The notes under the pieces were generated by a model, which saw only the letters and a program-made list of their open reading frames with translations, did not search any database and was not told the origin of the DNA. Positions 17,101 through 29,340 of a stretch of 64,000 nucleotides of DNA are shown here, in pieces (within the stretch, counting starts at the first letter, position 1; every line of letters starts with the position of its first letter). Made by a program: the position numbers and the translations under genes. The DNA is from Paragordius varius (lineage: Eukaryota; Animalia; Nematomorpha), in the NCBI GenBank assembly GCA_964247055.1, contig OZ176054.1, positions 4,402,001 to 4,466,000 on the forward strand, given 5' to 3'.

Positions 17101-20100
17101 TAGATTATTTTTCAAATCTTGGTTAGAAAATTTTTTTTTAAATTAAAATATTAGGTTTTCAATGTGAAATACATAACAATCCTGCCGACTTCTTTTTGGA
17201 CACTATTGAAAGGGATTCAGTAAATCCAAGTAAAGAATACGTTTATTAAGCTTAATTTAGACGGTCACATATTAATCAAATCTTACAAGAATTCGGAATT
17301 ACGGAAGAGAGTTATTGATACCCTGGATCAAATCGAAAAAGTGGCTCCAAAAGAGAACAAAAAAACTTTTTTGCACAATCTCCAACGAATTGGCACAGTT
17401 AATTTCCCCACCAGTTTTTGCCATCAAGTAACGCTAATTTAAGATTTATATTTAGTTAAATATTGTATCCAGGAGAACTATACTTAATTTGATTAGGAAT
17501 CCACAACCATTACTTGTTCAGGTATATAAAACAAATAATTTTTCAGTCCTTCACAATGATTATATATTCTTTCATTGTTGGTACCATATATTTCCATGTT
17601 GACGATACGTATAAATATGGGATTCAAAATCGGTATGATTTTCCCCTTACTTATCTCTAGAACTGGAGCCCTATTTTTCTTGCTTATGAATCAAGTCTTT
17701 GGTAATATGTCTGCTATTGAGTTATTTATGCGGGAAAGACCATTATTTGTGTAAGATATATTGCTGAATATTAATTATTTAGGCATGAATCATGTAATAA
17801 TGTCTATCGGATATCCGTCTACTTTTTATCAAAATTATTCTGTGATTTGGTACCGATGAGATTCGTTCCAGTCCTTATTGTGTCTATCATTGCTTATTGG
17901 ATGATAGGTATATATCTATGCCATTTAATCAAATTATCTTATAATACTTAATAATTGAGCATAATTGCTAAATATATCGCTAATCTTTTATTGACAAAAA
18001 TTTAATATGTTTGTTGATAAATGAAATGTATGTTTTAAGAAAATGGTAATTACATTGACTAAAATGCATCAATCTATATATTTATAAAAATGGAAAATGA
18101 CTGCTTTGTGATCTGAGACAATTTTGCGGGAAACGTGTGGGACCATTCGATTTCAAATATCATTTTTATTTACTTTTTTTCAATTGTGCCGAACATAGTG
18201 GGCTCTCTTTTTTAAGTTAGACACTCTTTTTACCCGCGCCCCCCGTAAAATGCCATTTTTTAAAATAAACCAATAAGGTGAGCAGTTTTTAAAATTAGCC
18301 GTTAATTAGGCCCTTTACGCCCTAAAAATGCGCTATCATTGAACTATTATTTAGTTTTGAAGCCATTCTTCTAAAAACAATTAAGAATATATGAAATGAA
18401 TGATGATACCAGATATTCCCCTATACAAAATTTTTTAGCGAGCGTTTTTTGTTTCGCCCCCTGTTAGGGGGCTACCCGCATAAAACTGCGTCACCATATC
18501 GATACAGCATGTCTTTGGAGCCAAATTTCAGAAAACTTATGAGGCTATGTGAGTTGAATAAGGGATTAAAATATTTATTACCCCTAAAAAAACAAATATT
18601 TTCTATAGGGGGTTATCTCAATGAGTCGTTAAGTAAAGTTTTACGCCCTTAAAAATGCGCCGCCATAGAACAAATTTTTATTTTGAAGCAATATTTCCAA
18701 AAATTTAAAGGACCATTTGAAATCCATGATAATTCCAGATATTCCCTATAAGGCGAAAATTTTGACCTGACCCTGGGTAATGAGCTACCCGCCAATAACT
18801 GGGTTACTATATAGAAATTGCGTTATTTTGAAGCTAATTTACAAAAAATTTATGAAGCCATAAGAGCTCATCAAAAGCTTAATATTACTCATAACTAGGT
18901 AAAAATTAAGGTCAGGCTTTTTTTTATTAGACGTTAATTTGGGGGCCTTTATGGCCTGAAAATACGCCAATTAGACGATGGTATCAAAGATGATCCCAAA
19001 TATTTCCCCTATAAAGGAAAAGAATTAACTCAACGCCTTTTCCATATAGGTCTATGGGTAGGGGACTACCGGTTTAAAACTGAGACGCCATACAAAAATG
19101 GCGTGGTTTTGGAGCTAATTTTTAAAATTAAGAAGCCATAGGAGTTCAATAAAGGCTTTAAATTATACCCATAAAAGATAAAAATTATAGTATAGCAGTT
19201 TCGTTAGCCTTCAATTTGAGGCCTTGACACCAGTTCACAATATATTAGTATGAAGGCACGGTTTTGAAAATTCTATGAAGCTCCGATCCTATGAGATCAT
19301 AACTATTGAATAATGTTTCGAAATAATCCACATATATGGATCACAATTTTGTTATCCCTTTTTTCAAATAGCGCCCGCTAGTATATTAATATATATTAAC
19401 ACTATGTTATATACCATTTCGCTTAAATTCATTTATCCTTATTCATGAACAAGCTTCGTACTTTACACGATTATTACAAAGTCATCATACTTACAACATT
19501 TGCACTTTCTCTAAATTTCTCAAAGGTTTAGATAATTTTTTAACAAAAAAGAATATATTCATATGCAATATAATATATGCCAGGTCATTTTGTTAGGGTA
19601 TGCGATTGAGATTTATTTTCAACTAATTAGGATTAATATAAAGATTTTTAATGGATACTTCAAAATTTTGTGCGAAAGAGGTACCATACATTATTTCTGA
19701 TACAGCAATATAAATTAGTGGCATTAACAATATTAATAAACAAATCATATTTCAAACTAACAAAAGAACTATAAGCTTGGAAAAATTCGAAACAGTTACC
19801 ATAAATGTTCTAACTTTATGGGGCAGAAAGAAAAAAAAACCTAGGTGGTTTTCATTAAAAGATAAAAACAAAAGTTTTACCTGGATAGAAACAGAAGGTA
19901 CGAATGATCTAAGGCTACCTTTAAATTGAAAAATATAACCCCAGATGGATGGATGCTTTTGCTAAAGTAGAATATCACAAAGTTGCAGGTCCGACAGAAT
20001 TTAGCTCAATGATAAAAGTCATGCTCTAAGTTTGATTGGCTGCCGACAGGTCTAGAACATTTATTAAAAAGTGACTCCATCCATTCGATAGTACTCCCAT

Positions 20101-20904
20101 TTTCATAAATCAACAACAGGCACCAAAAACTATATTTCTTGTTAAGTAGCGGTAAAAAAAACTAAATAAAAACAAGATATTTCCAAGTTATGAGAACCAG
20201 CGTTTAATGCAAAATAAATTATCTAAAAGGGAAGTTAGAAAAAAATTGAAAAGATTAGGGTAAATGTATCAAGGGAGTGGGTGGATTTAAACGAAATGGT
20301 GTTTATGTTATATTTTTTTGCTATATTATTTTAGGTTTTCGTCCTTATGCCGCAAACTATTTCACGTTTATTGTCACATTGTTATGCCTCACAACTTCTG
20401 CCAGCAGTGTTGCACTCTTTTCAAGCGTTAGTTTCAACACAATCAGCGTTGCAACAAATTACACTGGCCTATTTTTTGTGTTTATGATGGTAATATAATA
20501 TACGATGTAATATAATTTTTAGGTTTTTGGTGGTTTATTTGTGAACGTTAACTCTATACCCAAAAATATTCAATGGTTGAAATATATTAGCATATTCCGA
20601 TATGCCTATAATGTAAGTGTATATATTTTTATAATTAAACCCTAGGCTTTGCTTATAAATGAAATCAAAGATTCATCCTTTTGTTCTGTAACACCAAGCA
20701 TAAATGGAACGATACCTTGGTAAATTATTTATTTTATAACATTACTTTAGTGCATATGGTAATGATTATCTAACCACGCAAGGCATACCATACCACACTA
20801 AATGGAATTTATGGTCAAATCATTTAGCCTTGGTCATTATAATACTCGTGTTTTGGACATTAGCTTACATACAATTAAGACGTTTGAAGAAAAAAGCGAG
20901 ATAA
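11151..20904 (+). CDS. ABCG2: ABCG-family half transporter (ABCG2/white-like)
   Basis: NBD: [23 protein letters not shown] (Walker A), ISGGEKKR (signature), [11 protein letters not shown] (Walker B), [20 protein letters not shown]: [32 protein letters not shown]. Stop TAA at 20902-20904. Two large TE-filled introns (about 12171-16969 and 17908-20335). Confidence 0.93.
13770..14123 (-). mobile_element. Family A MITE (copy A5, truncated)
   Basis: TTAA|CACTTAAATACAACAC...CAGTCCTTCGATTCAAATTG matches the family A right end. It is cut at 14123, where transposase sequence begins. Confidence 0.7.
14124..14665 (-). mobile_element. Tc1/IS630-like transposase, N-terminal half (inverted partial copy)
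   Basis: Reverse complement of about 15006-15570; HTH region and [12 protein letters not shown]; contains stops and an internal deletion. Confidence 0.85.
14671..14851. repeat. Imperfect direct repeat of about 65 bp (14671-14735 / 14785-14851)
   Basis: ATAAGTCAC..TTTCTTCAT.GACTAATTGTTCGTTTCGC..AAATGTTCAACAA.TGGATCT occurs twice. Confidence 0.85.
14931..16206. repeat. Direct repeats of about 76 bp (14931-15006 and 16130-16206) bracketing the + transposase copy
   Basis: CTATCA.CATCCTTGTTATA.GAAAAAAA...GTAAAACTATTCTTTCCAGTGATAGGG.CATGGTAATGGTAT occurs twice. Confidence 0.85.
15006..15895 (+). mobile_element. Tc1/IS630-like DDE transposase, frameshifted
   Basis: ORFs 15067-15570 and 15551-15895: [48 protein letters not shown]. 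Confidence 0.88.
16440..16700 (+). pseudogene. Possible decayed LTR-retrotransposon integrase zinc-finger remnant
   Basis: With stops and shifts it reads H..LGVH...YPGI...ICYYC..KQ, resembling an HHCC integrase motif. Weak. Confidence 0.3.
18105..19240. repeat. Family D repeat with about three diverged tandem units of roughly 300-330 bp
   Basis: TT(T)ACGCCCT(T)AAAAATGCGC, CCAGATATTCCC(C)TATA, CTACCCGC and TTTGGAGC(C/T)AA recur near 18310, 18640 and 18945. The 5' part resembles 21550-21760, 51360-51720 and 54217-54560. Confidence 0.65.
19880..20130 (+). mobile_element. Old LINE reverse-transcriptase remnant
   Basis: [11 protein letters not shown] and DSTPIF resemble the KAxGPD...PIxK region at the start of the RT domain; many stops. 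Confidence 0.35.
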
Positions 20905-21549
20905 TTATTAAACACAATCAATAAATTATTCTAGTCACATAACCTCAAAATATGAATAAAGGGACCTTGTTTTGCAATATATTTAAAAAAACAATATATA
21001 AAATACAAAGTTCGTCGGTTTAATTTGTTCTTTAAAGGATTCAGTTTGTTCTTGTATCAATTCACTACTGATTGCGTATTTCAATCAACTTTTTATATTT
21101 AGCCAAAACTAATAAAATCTTCAGAACATTATGCTAATTAAAAAAGATTGAGTAAGCTTTATTTAATAATTTTCCGAAAAATATTTAAAAAACCGTAGTA
21201 AATAATTATGGGCGCACTGAAACTCATGTATCTATTAAAATCCATATGACCCAAAAATGCCTCTCGCAACAAAAATATGAACCGTGTTAGTCGTAAATAT
21301 ATATTTTTAATTAAGTAGTATATATGATGATCTTACTGAGGCCAAACTAAAAATAGAAGATGCGGAAAATAGAAAAACAGCAATAAAAACTTATCTCAAA
21401 TCAGCTCTCTTCAATTCTGAAGACAAACAGCTTTGATGATGATAAGTATATCGCCATCGTTTTACAATTAAGATTTTATAATATTATATATTTAATTCAA
21501 TCTAAAACACCCTATAACTTTATCTATACATTAATAAAAATGTCGAATA

Positions 21550-22502
21550 TTGGCTTTGAGACAATTTTTTGGCAAACGTATAGTCTCTCATTCATATTTA
21601 ATTCAAAAGTGGAAATCTATGCACTGAAATTCAGGCTATTTTGGATTAGCGCCTTAATTAAGCCCTACCTCCTCTGAAAATAAAGTTTTTTTAAAAAAAC
21701 TAAAATTTTTGAGACAATTTTCCGCGAAACAAGATCCCATTCAATGTTTTTTTACGAATAACCAAACACATGGCCTTATTTTTTGATTCAGTTCCTATAT
21801 TTACGCTGGAAAAACAACAAAGTCTCCAAATATTATGGGAGCAGGTTTACGCCAAACTTATGAGCTAATTGTTTTAGATTTTCCCATTATTAATAAATTT
21901 ATCAGAGCGCTTTTTAAATTCGGCTCTTGAGCCAGCATGCATAAATAACGTGGCTTTTATGCACCTTTCCAGATTAGCTTAGAGACTCTTTAATATTAAT
22001 CGTGGTATAGGTATCCGTATAAATACAAAATTTTGCAAACCGCTTAATAGGGCATCATCATCTCTAAAATAACCTAGCTTTGAAGAAACATATTTATTAA
22101 ATGAAGTGGTTTTTATTTACGAATGCGCCGCTGAACATAGTCCAGTCACTTATTTAAATTATCCCTGTATTTAGTCCTTCCCCCGTACACCATTTTTTGC
22201 GAACAATGTAGGTCCCGAAAAATATTTTTTAACTATAAATAAAATTCAAATTCACCCTTGAACAATTTAAATTCACCCTAAAATAAACTGTGTTTTTTAA
22301 GATTAAAAAATACCTATATTTTTTTAAAAAGAAATTTTCTTTTTAAGCTAATACTGAAATAATAAACAATGCTTAAAAGATGTATTTCATATTCATGAGT
22401 TTTATTAGCCCGAAAACAGATAATTGTTTTTTTTGGGTGAATTTAATTTTTTAAGGTTATTTGAATCGTAAATGGTAAATAAATGATCCAAACATTTGTC
22501 GC
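21550..22502. repeat. Family D-like repeat followed by a small inverted-repeat element (about 22199-22502)
   Basis: TTTGAGACAATTTT motifs at 21555 and 21708; GCGAACAATG..AAATTCACCC versus GGGTGAATTT..CATTTGTCGC. Confidence 0.5.
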
Positions 22503-22940
22503 ATAAAAATAAAGATTATACCTGAGCGCCTTTTATAAATTAGCCCTTAAATATAGCCGCCAGATGTAAAACGCGGTTCCTGATCGGAACGATTTTTTTG
22601 ACTGAATCAAAGCGACGCGTGTCCAGACGTACATAGTATCAAATAAAAATTAAATCTACTAAAACTAACATCGTAATTGTTAAAGTTTTTGGTGAGAAGG
22701 TGTGTCAATAACTGCAAAAAACATGTAATTGTTCATATAGGAAAAATATTCTTATATTTTGTTACAACTAAATTGACTTTAGGGTTTAAGTAGATAGCAA
22801 ATGAAACTCGCCACACCAAGCATAAATACACACCATTTATTTTTGCAATAAATAATTTAACATATAAATGCACTTGACTTCACTCATACTTTCTGATACA
22901 AATACAAACAATTTTTCAGTCCTTGTAAATGTTTTAGATT

Positions 22941-25900
22941 TCAAAGAATTACAAAATAATTGTGTTTATATGTATAAATTACAATGAGTGAAGTACCAAC
23001 CTGATTCACTAATGAAGTATGAATCGATATAAATTCATTATTTTTAATAAAATTGGTAATTTCATTTTGTTCTTTGGTAACCATATCTGGCTTAACATTC
23101 ATTTTCCAACAATTATTGGCAATCGATAAAATCTCTATAGGTTCCATATCAGTTATAAAGACGGTTAAATAAAACGGATCCTTGACCATGTATGGTAAAA
23201 ATGAGTGATTGTGTAAGTTAAATATAATGGAATTTTCCAATTTCTTCTTTAAATGATTTACAATTTTGCAAAAATATTGAAAAGCTACATGTGTTTCGAA
23301 ATCTTTTAATGTTAGTTTCGTTAGATTCGATGAAACGAATAATGGAATTTCTTCCTTTACATACATTTCAGATATGGATTCGGGATCTATGGGTATTACA
23401 TTTTGCGTTTTCACATCAAATTCGTAGAGTGATGTGTAATGTTTAACCGATCTTTCGTAAACAATTTCATTAAGAACATTATTAACATGATTACAATTTA
23501 TAATTAAGATTTTAGCATGTTCCAAGGTTTGACTGATTTCATTGATATCCTAAACAAAATATTGTATTATTTTTAAAAGATTAGAAATGATAAGCGAAAA
23601 ATTTTATTCATATTTTTTGACCACACACTTTATTCAACTAGATAGTTGAACTATTAATAAATTATTTGTAAATATAGTATTATTTGTATGATTAAAAAAA
23701 TGTAATATTACAATTTAAGTATTAATTCAATAATTTATGATTACAAATCATATTTATATTATTTAATTTAGCCAAATTTCAATTATTTTTTATTCAAAAT
23801 TTAAATACTTCTGGCATGTCCATAAATAATACATCTATATCATTTTTGCTCAAAAGTTCCCGTATTTTTGAACAAGTTTTGGCCAAAAGTTTTGATATAT
23901 CCAAATCAACAGCAATTTCCTAAAAATATATGAAAAATTATTTTTGCTACCTCTTCTACCGGCTTATTATTCATTAATACAATCATTTTGTTTTTAGCAT
24001 TTGTAGGATAAAAATTTTCGAGGAGACTTTCCACATTAACTGTAAAACCGATTGCAAAAGATTTGGCGTATTCGGTTGATTTATTAAAGTTGTTTGCATA
24101 ATATTTCAATATATTTGTATAAGTACCTCCTAAAACGATTATTATAACGAAAAACCTTCTATAAATGGTTTAGTTAAACGGTGTTTTGCCAAAGTAAATG
24201 CAAAATCATGAAAATCATAAGTTACATTATGTTGACGCGAATAATTGATTACTGAATACATTGTTTTGTCTAATTTGATATTATAATAGAGATAAGTTTC
24301 TAAAGTATATTTAATGTCATGTAGGGCATCATGTAGGAGATTTATTGGCATTTTCTTTGAGCATATATTTTTCCCTATAAAAAAATGTTAAAACAAAAAT
24401 TCTTACGTAAAAAATGTTCAAAATTAGTAAATGAAGTATCATAAAAATCGAGGAGATCAAGAAAGTTTCCAAATAGTTCATAATCCATTATTTTATGATT
24501 GTTTTTGGTACATATCATTTTGTAATGATTAAAGAACGAGTTTTTATAAGTTTTATCATTTGCATCGAGGCGTATATCCAAATAATAATCAATAATTTCT
24601 TTTGATACAGGTTTAGATATATCATAAAACGTAAAAATGGCATCTGAAATTTTGGTATGTGAAATGTATATAAATACATCTTCCTATATATTATACAAAA
24701 CTATTGTAATACCAAATTAAGCTTGTCCCTAATCGTATTGAGCAAATGTATACATTCAGCTTGATATAGGTATCGATATTTATGAAATGTGATAATATCG
24801 TAATTAATTTGTTCAAATGTGTTCATCGCATTTAAATCTTCACCTACTTCAGATAAAATTATATCGGTATTTAATCGTTTTAATTGTGTCAAATGATTCA
24901 GCACGGCGAAACAAGCTAAAGGAATTCGATAATTATCAACATGATATAACAGTCTCCCACTATGATCCATAATAAGTTTGTTGCTTGGAAATTCGGGACA
25001 ACTAAATATTTATGAAAAAAATGAGGAAATATAATCGATAAATTGAGAATAGATGCATGAGAATAGAACATTAATAAAGGCGATTATTAAGATAAATTCA
25101 AGCAATTCCATCAAATCATAAGACCGCAGATAGTGTTTTAATATTAGTCTTGTGAGTATTTAATTTAGTTTAGGCCATCCAAAAAACTTAACTATTGCGA
25201 TTCGGAGATAAATATTTTTTATATATGGCAAAAATTACATACGGAGTTATTAAATATGGCATTGGGATAGATATGGCCCCGTATTCTGAACAAACGTCGT
25301 AAATTAAATTTGTCAGCGAATGAGTTGCATCATACAAATTGATTTGATGTAAAAGTGACTTAAATGAATCATTCTGTTTGCAAGTAACATCGTTGGCCAT
25401 ATAAATTGGCTTGTTGTCCCCTTTATGGAGAGCTGGAAAACGTATTTTGTTAAACAAAAAGGAAAGAAGTTTAGCAAAGACAATAGAATTAGTAGATTCG
25501 CCGCCGTATATAACTTTCGAAAAAATTGCATCGTAAGCTAAGTCATCCTGTTCTTCTTGTGGTATGATTTGAGAGAGGAGTATTTGTTTAGCATTTGGCC
25601 TTTGTTCAATATCATGTGTTAAAAGCCATTTAACGAGAGTAGTTTGAGTCGGATAAGTAAGACAAAAATTATTGGGCATTTCTACGCCCTTTTTCCGCAA
25701 ATCACATATGATGGAGATTCGTTCCATGGTGGTGTTAAAGGGTGGATTCCATATTTCGTAAATGATTATTCCAAGGGAATAAATGTCGATTTTATAGTTA
25801 TAGATGTTTTTACTTGATATACGTAACTCAGGTGCCATATATAACGTGGTACCAACTAACGAGCCAGAAAAAACATTTTTCCCAAGAAAATCTAAAAAAT

Positions 25901-28156
25901 GCATGCGCAGAGATAGAGATATGAAATGAAAATATTATCAGAATGTATTGATTAAAATATCTTTAAATGATAATCCTTTCATGTTTAAGGCTAAAAATGA
26001 AATACAAATTAATAACAAAAACTGCGAACTAAACTTATTTTGATATTTTTTTCAGTAATCAATGATGTTATGCGTAAAAACTGTTTTAAGTTATTTACAG
26101 TTTTTTTCCAATCGGCTGCAATATAACCGAAAAAATGATCGGTATTGAAAAAAAGCTAAATTATAAGATTATTTATTGAGTTTGTGATTACATACTTGTA
26201 GCGTTCTCCGCAAGACTAATATTTTCAGCGAGACCGAAATCGCCAATTTTTATCGTGTCACGTTTATCTAAAAATATGTTGGCAGGTTTCAAATCCCGAT
26301 GAATTATACCTTGGTCATGTATATAGGACAAACCTAAATTTCCATATAACACCAATAATATACCGTGCAAAATTTCTCGAATATATCGCCAAGCCCTACC
26401 ATGTTGAGCATATAACATATTATTTTCAATGATGTATTTAAGGGTTTTATTTTCACAATATTCCATTTGGATGTATATAAGTTTTATTTTTATGTTTCTT
26501 TTTTCATCATCCGTGGTGTCAACAACACAGTCCCTCGTTCTTTCAAGGCTAGTTACTATGCTTTTATAACTGTCATATTTGTCGGATTGGGCTAAATTAT
26601 AATCATTTTCATCTATTTCACAAGATTCCAGCCATGAATTATAATACCTAAAATAGTAAAATAAATAAAACGCTTATAAAAAAATTTAAATAATGATGTG
26701 TGGGGTAACAAGAAAGGACAGAATTGAGAATAGATTTATTCGTGGGAGCACAGATATTAAACCAATAGTGGAAAGAATGTGAAAAAATAGGCTACGTTGG
26801 TTCGGTCACATTGAAAGGAGAGATCTAATTTTTTTGCAAAAATAATAGATAGTTATATAGTTGAGGGAAAACGAGGACGTGGGCGGCCTAAAACGAAATG
26901 GATAGATACAGTAAAAAGAGAGCTAGCATACGAGCTTAATGCAGAAGTCGCCATACATAGAGTTCTATGGCGAGACAGGTTGTACAACATGAACGCTCTC
27001 AAGAGTGAAAACATGCAATGTAATAATAATTATTACCGTAATTAATATAATATGTTGCTATTTTTCATTTTAAATTATGGGTTTTAGATTCAAATTAATA
27101 TATTTTATTTACCGTTTAAATTTTAATATTTAATATCAATTTTTTAATATAAAATGAAAAATGGAGGGAAAAAATGGAAGAAATCAGAACCATAATTTTT
27201 TAGAATATAATCTTAAAACCGAAACGATTTGTCCAGGTATTTTATAAATACTTTCGCTGGTAAAAACTAAATCTTTACTTTAATTTTTAATATTATACTA
27301 TAATAAATATAATCAAATGGCTAATATATACCGTTTTTATGTAATCACCGAAAAATTTATATTATCGTTTGAGCTTTCAATTATTTTAAAAATTTAACCT
27401 TACAACGTTTTTGGAATCCAGACTACTTAAATATTTTATTTCTTGCAATATCTTCTCTTCATTGTCGGCAAAATACATTGGGACCCTTTTGATAGCATAT
27501 AACATCCCATCTAATTTATTTTGCGTTTTTATGACATCTCCAAAACCACCTCTACCCAAGTGTTCAATAATACAAAAATCTGCGCTTAAACGTGTACTTT
27601 TTTCATCAACCAAAGAAACCAGATCTAAAATATATTAGATAATATCGGGAAAACCTGATATTCGAAGCGTTTTATTTGATTCATTTTTTGTATTTTCAAG
27701 TTTAGGTAAAAAAGTATCTGGGTGTTTATATGTCGGTCGAATAGTATTTCTAAAAATTAAATAATTACATTACAAATCATTGATAAATTTCTGAATTTTT
27801 ATGATAATTTCAGATAACAAATATGTACCAATGTGTTTTGCAGAATATAAGGAGATCAAATTTTTTAGTGATTGTAGTTCACGTTTCCCAATTTTATTTG
27901 AAGAAACAATGCATATTTTTGGATGTCTATTATTAAACAAAAAAATACGTTTTGGGATACCGATCTTGACAAAAGACTTTTATTTTAAGGAAATAAATAT
28001 CGGCTTTAAATAATACAAAAAAAATTATTTGGTTTATAGTCTGTGTTATATATAAAAATATACTGGACAAATTTTATTGTGATCGTCCAGCACAACGCTA
28101 AAAACTTCGGACAAAAATGACAATTCGTAATTTAATTTTGATGGCATGGTCAACAT
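22941..28156 (-). CDS. EIF2AK4: GCN2-like eIF2alpha kinase: RWD + kinase + HisRS-like + C-terminal region; no pseudokinase domain
   Basis: RWD ([10 protein letters not shown]...RYPKTHPKI...[10 protein letters not shown]), kinase ([56 protein letters not shown]), HisRS-like ([38 protein letters not shown]). Start at 28156 or 28147. The exact 3' end is uncertain. Confidence 0.88.
26695..27035 (+). mobile_element. RTE LINE 3' fragment inside a GCN2 intron (antisense to the host gene)
   Basis: [12 protein letters not shown]...[11 protein letters not shown]...[18 protein letters not shown]...W, followed by a (TAA)n tail. Confidence 0.88.
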
Positions 28157-28164
28157 CTGCCCAC

Positions 28165-29254
28165 ATGAATGTTATTGAATTACCTATGGCACTAGTCAAA
28201 GAAATATCAAATAATCAGGATATGAAAAAATGGTCCAATTCCACGGCTTATATGGATTATTTATCTTTTCTTAAAGAGTTAAATATTTCAATTGAAGGAA
28301 AGTTAGATGTAAAATCAGAATCTACGGTAATTAAATATTTTATTTAAGGCTATCCATGGGTTAATATCTTTATTGGATGAAATTAAGGCCTACATAGACC
28401 AAAATCCTCCTATAAAACAAAATCAAAGATTTGGAAACGCTGCTTTTAAAGGATTTTACTCAACCTTGTCTAAAGTTATTAAAATTTAAATTAAAGAATA
28501 TACCTAATCTTTTACAAAAATATTTATCAGTTGAAAATAATATTCCCGAAATTAGCTATTATTTAAACGAAAGCTTTGGAAATGATAGTCGTATTGATTA
28601 CGGAACTGGTTTTTCCATTTAGCTAAATTAAGGTCACGAACTTTCATTCGTAATATTTTTATTATGTTTGTACAAAATTAATTTATTTGGCAAAGAAGAT
28701 TATCCCTCTATAGTTCTTAACGTATTTGAACAGTATTGATTATTATTATGGTAATTATAGATATATGAGATTAGTTAGAAAACTTATAACGGTTTATCAA
28801 ATGGAGCCTGCTGGCAGTCACGGTGTTTGGAGTCTTGATGATTATAGTTTTCTTCCGTTTTTATTGGGAAGTGCACAATTAAAAAGTGGCATTTTATTAT
28901 CTTTATAATATATTTAGAAACAAACATTGAAGTATCATCATTTATTGATCCGCATATGGTAGAAAAATACAAAAATAATTGCTTGTTTTTTAGTGCCGTA
29001 GCCTATATAAACCAAGTTTTTACCGCTTTTATAATATTAAAAAAGGTTAAAACTGGAGCCTTTTCCGAGCACTCCAATGTTTTATGGAATATTAGTGGGG
29101 TACCAACCTGGTCCAAAGTTAATGATGGTTTATTTCGAATGTATAAGGAAGAGGTATAAAATTTTACACGACTTAGGTTTTAAATAAATTCCCAATCATT
29201 CAACATCTCAAATTTGGTGCTCTTTTCAAAATTTCAAACGCTAATACAACATAA
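28165..29254 (+). CDS. PTPA: Serine/threonine phosphatase 2A activator (PTPA / Rrd)
   Basis: [97 protein letters not shown]. Start at 28165 or 28186; stop 29252-29254. Confidence 0.95.
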
Positions 29255-29340
29255 AACCCGTCCTCTTTGATTATCAAAAGCAAAATACACATACAAATAT
29301 ACAATGCCCAAAAACATCATACATAGAGCTTATTTATTTG

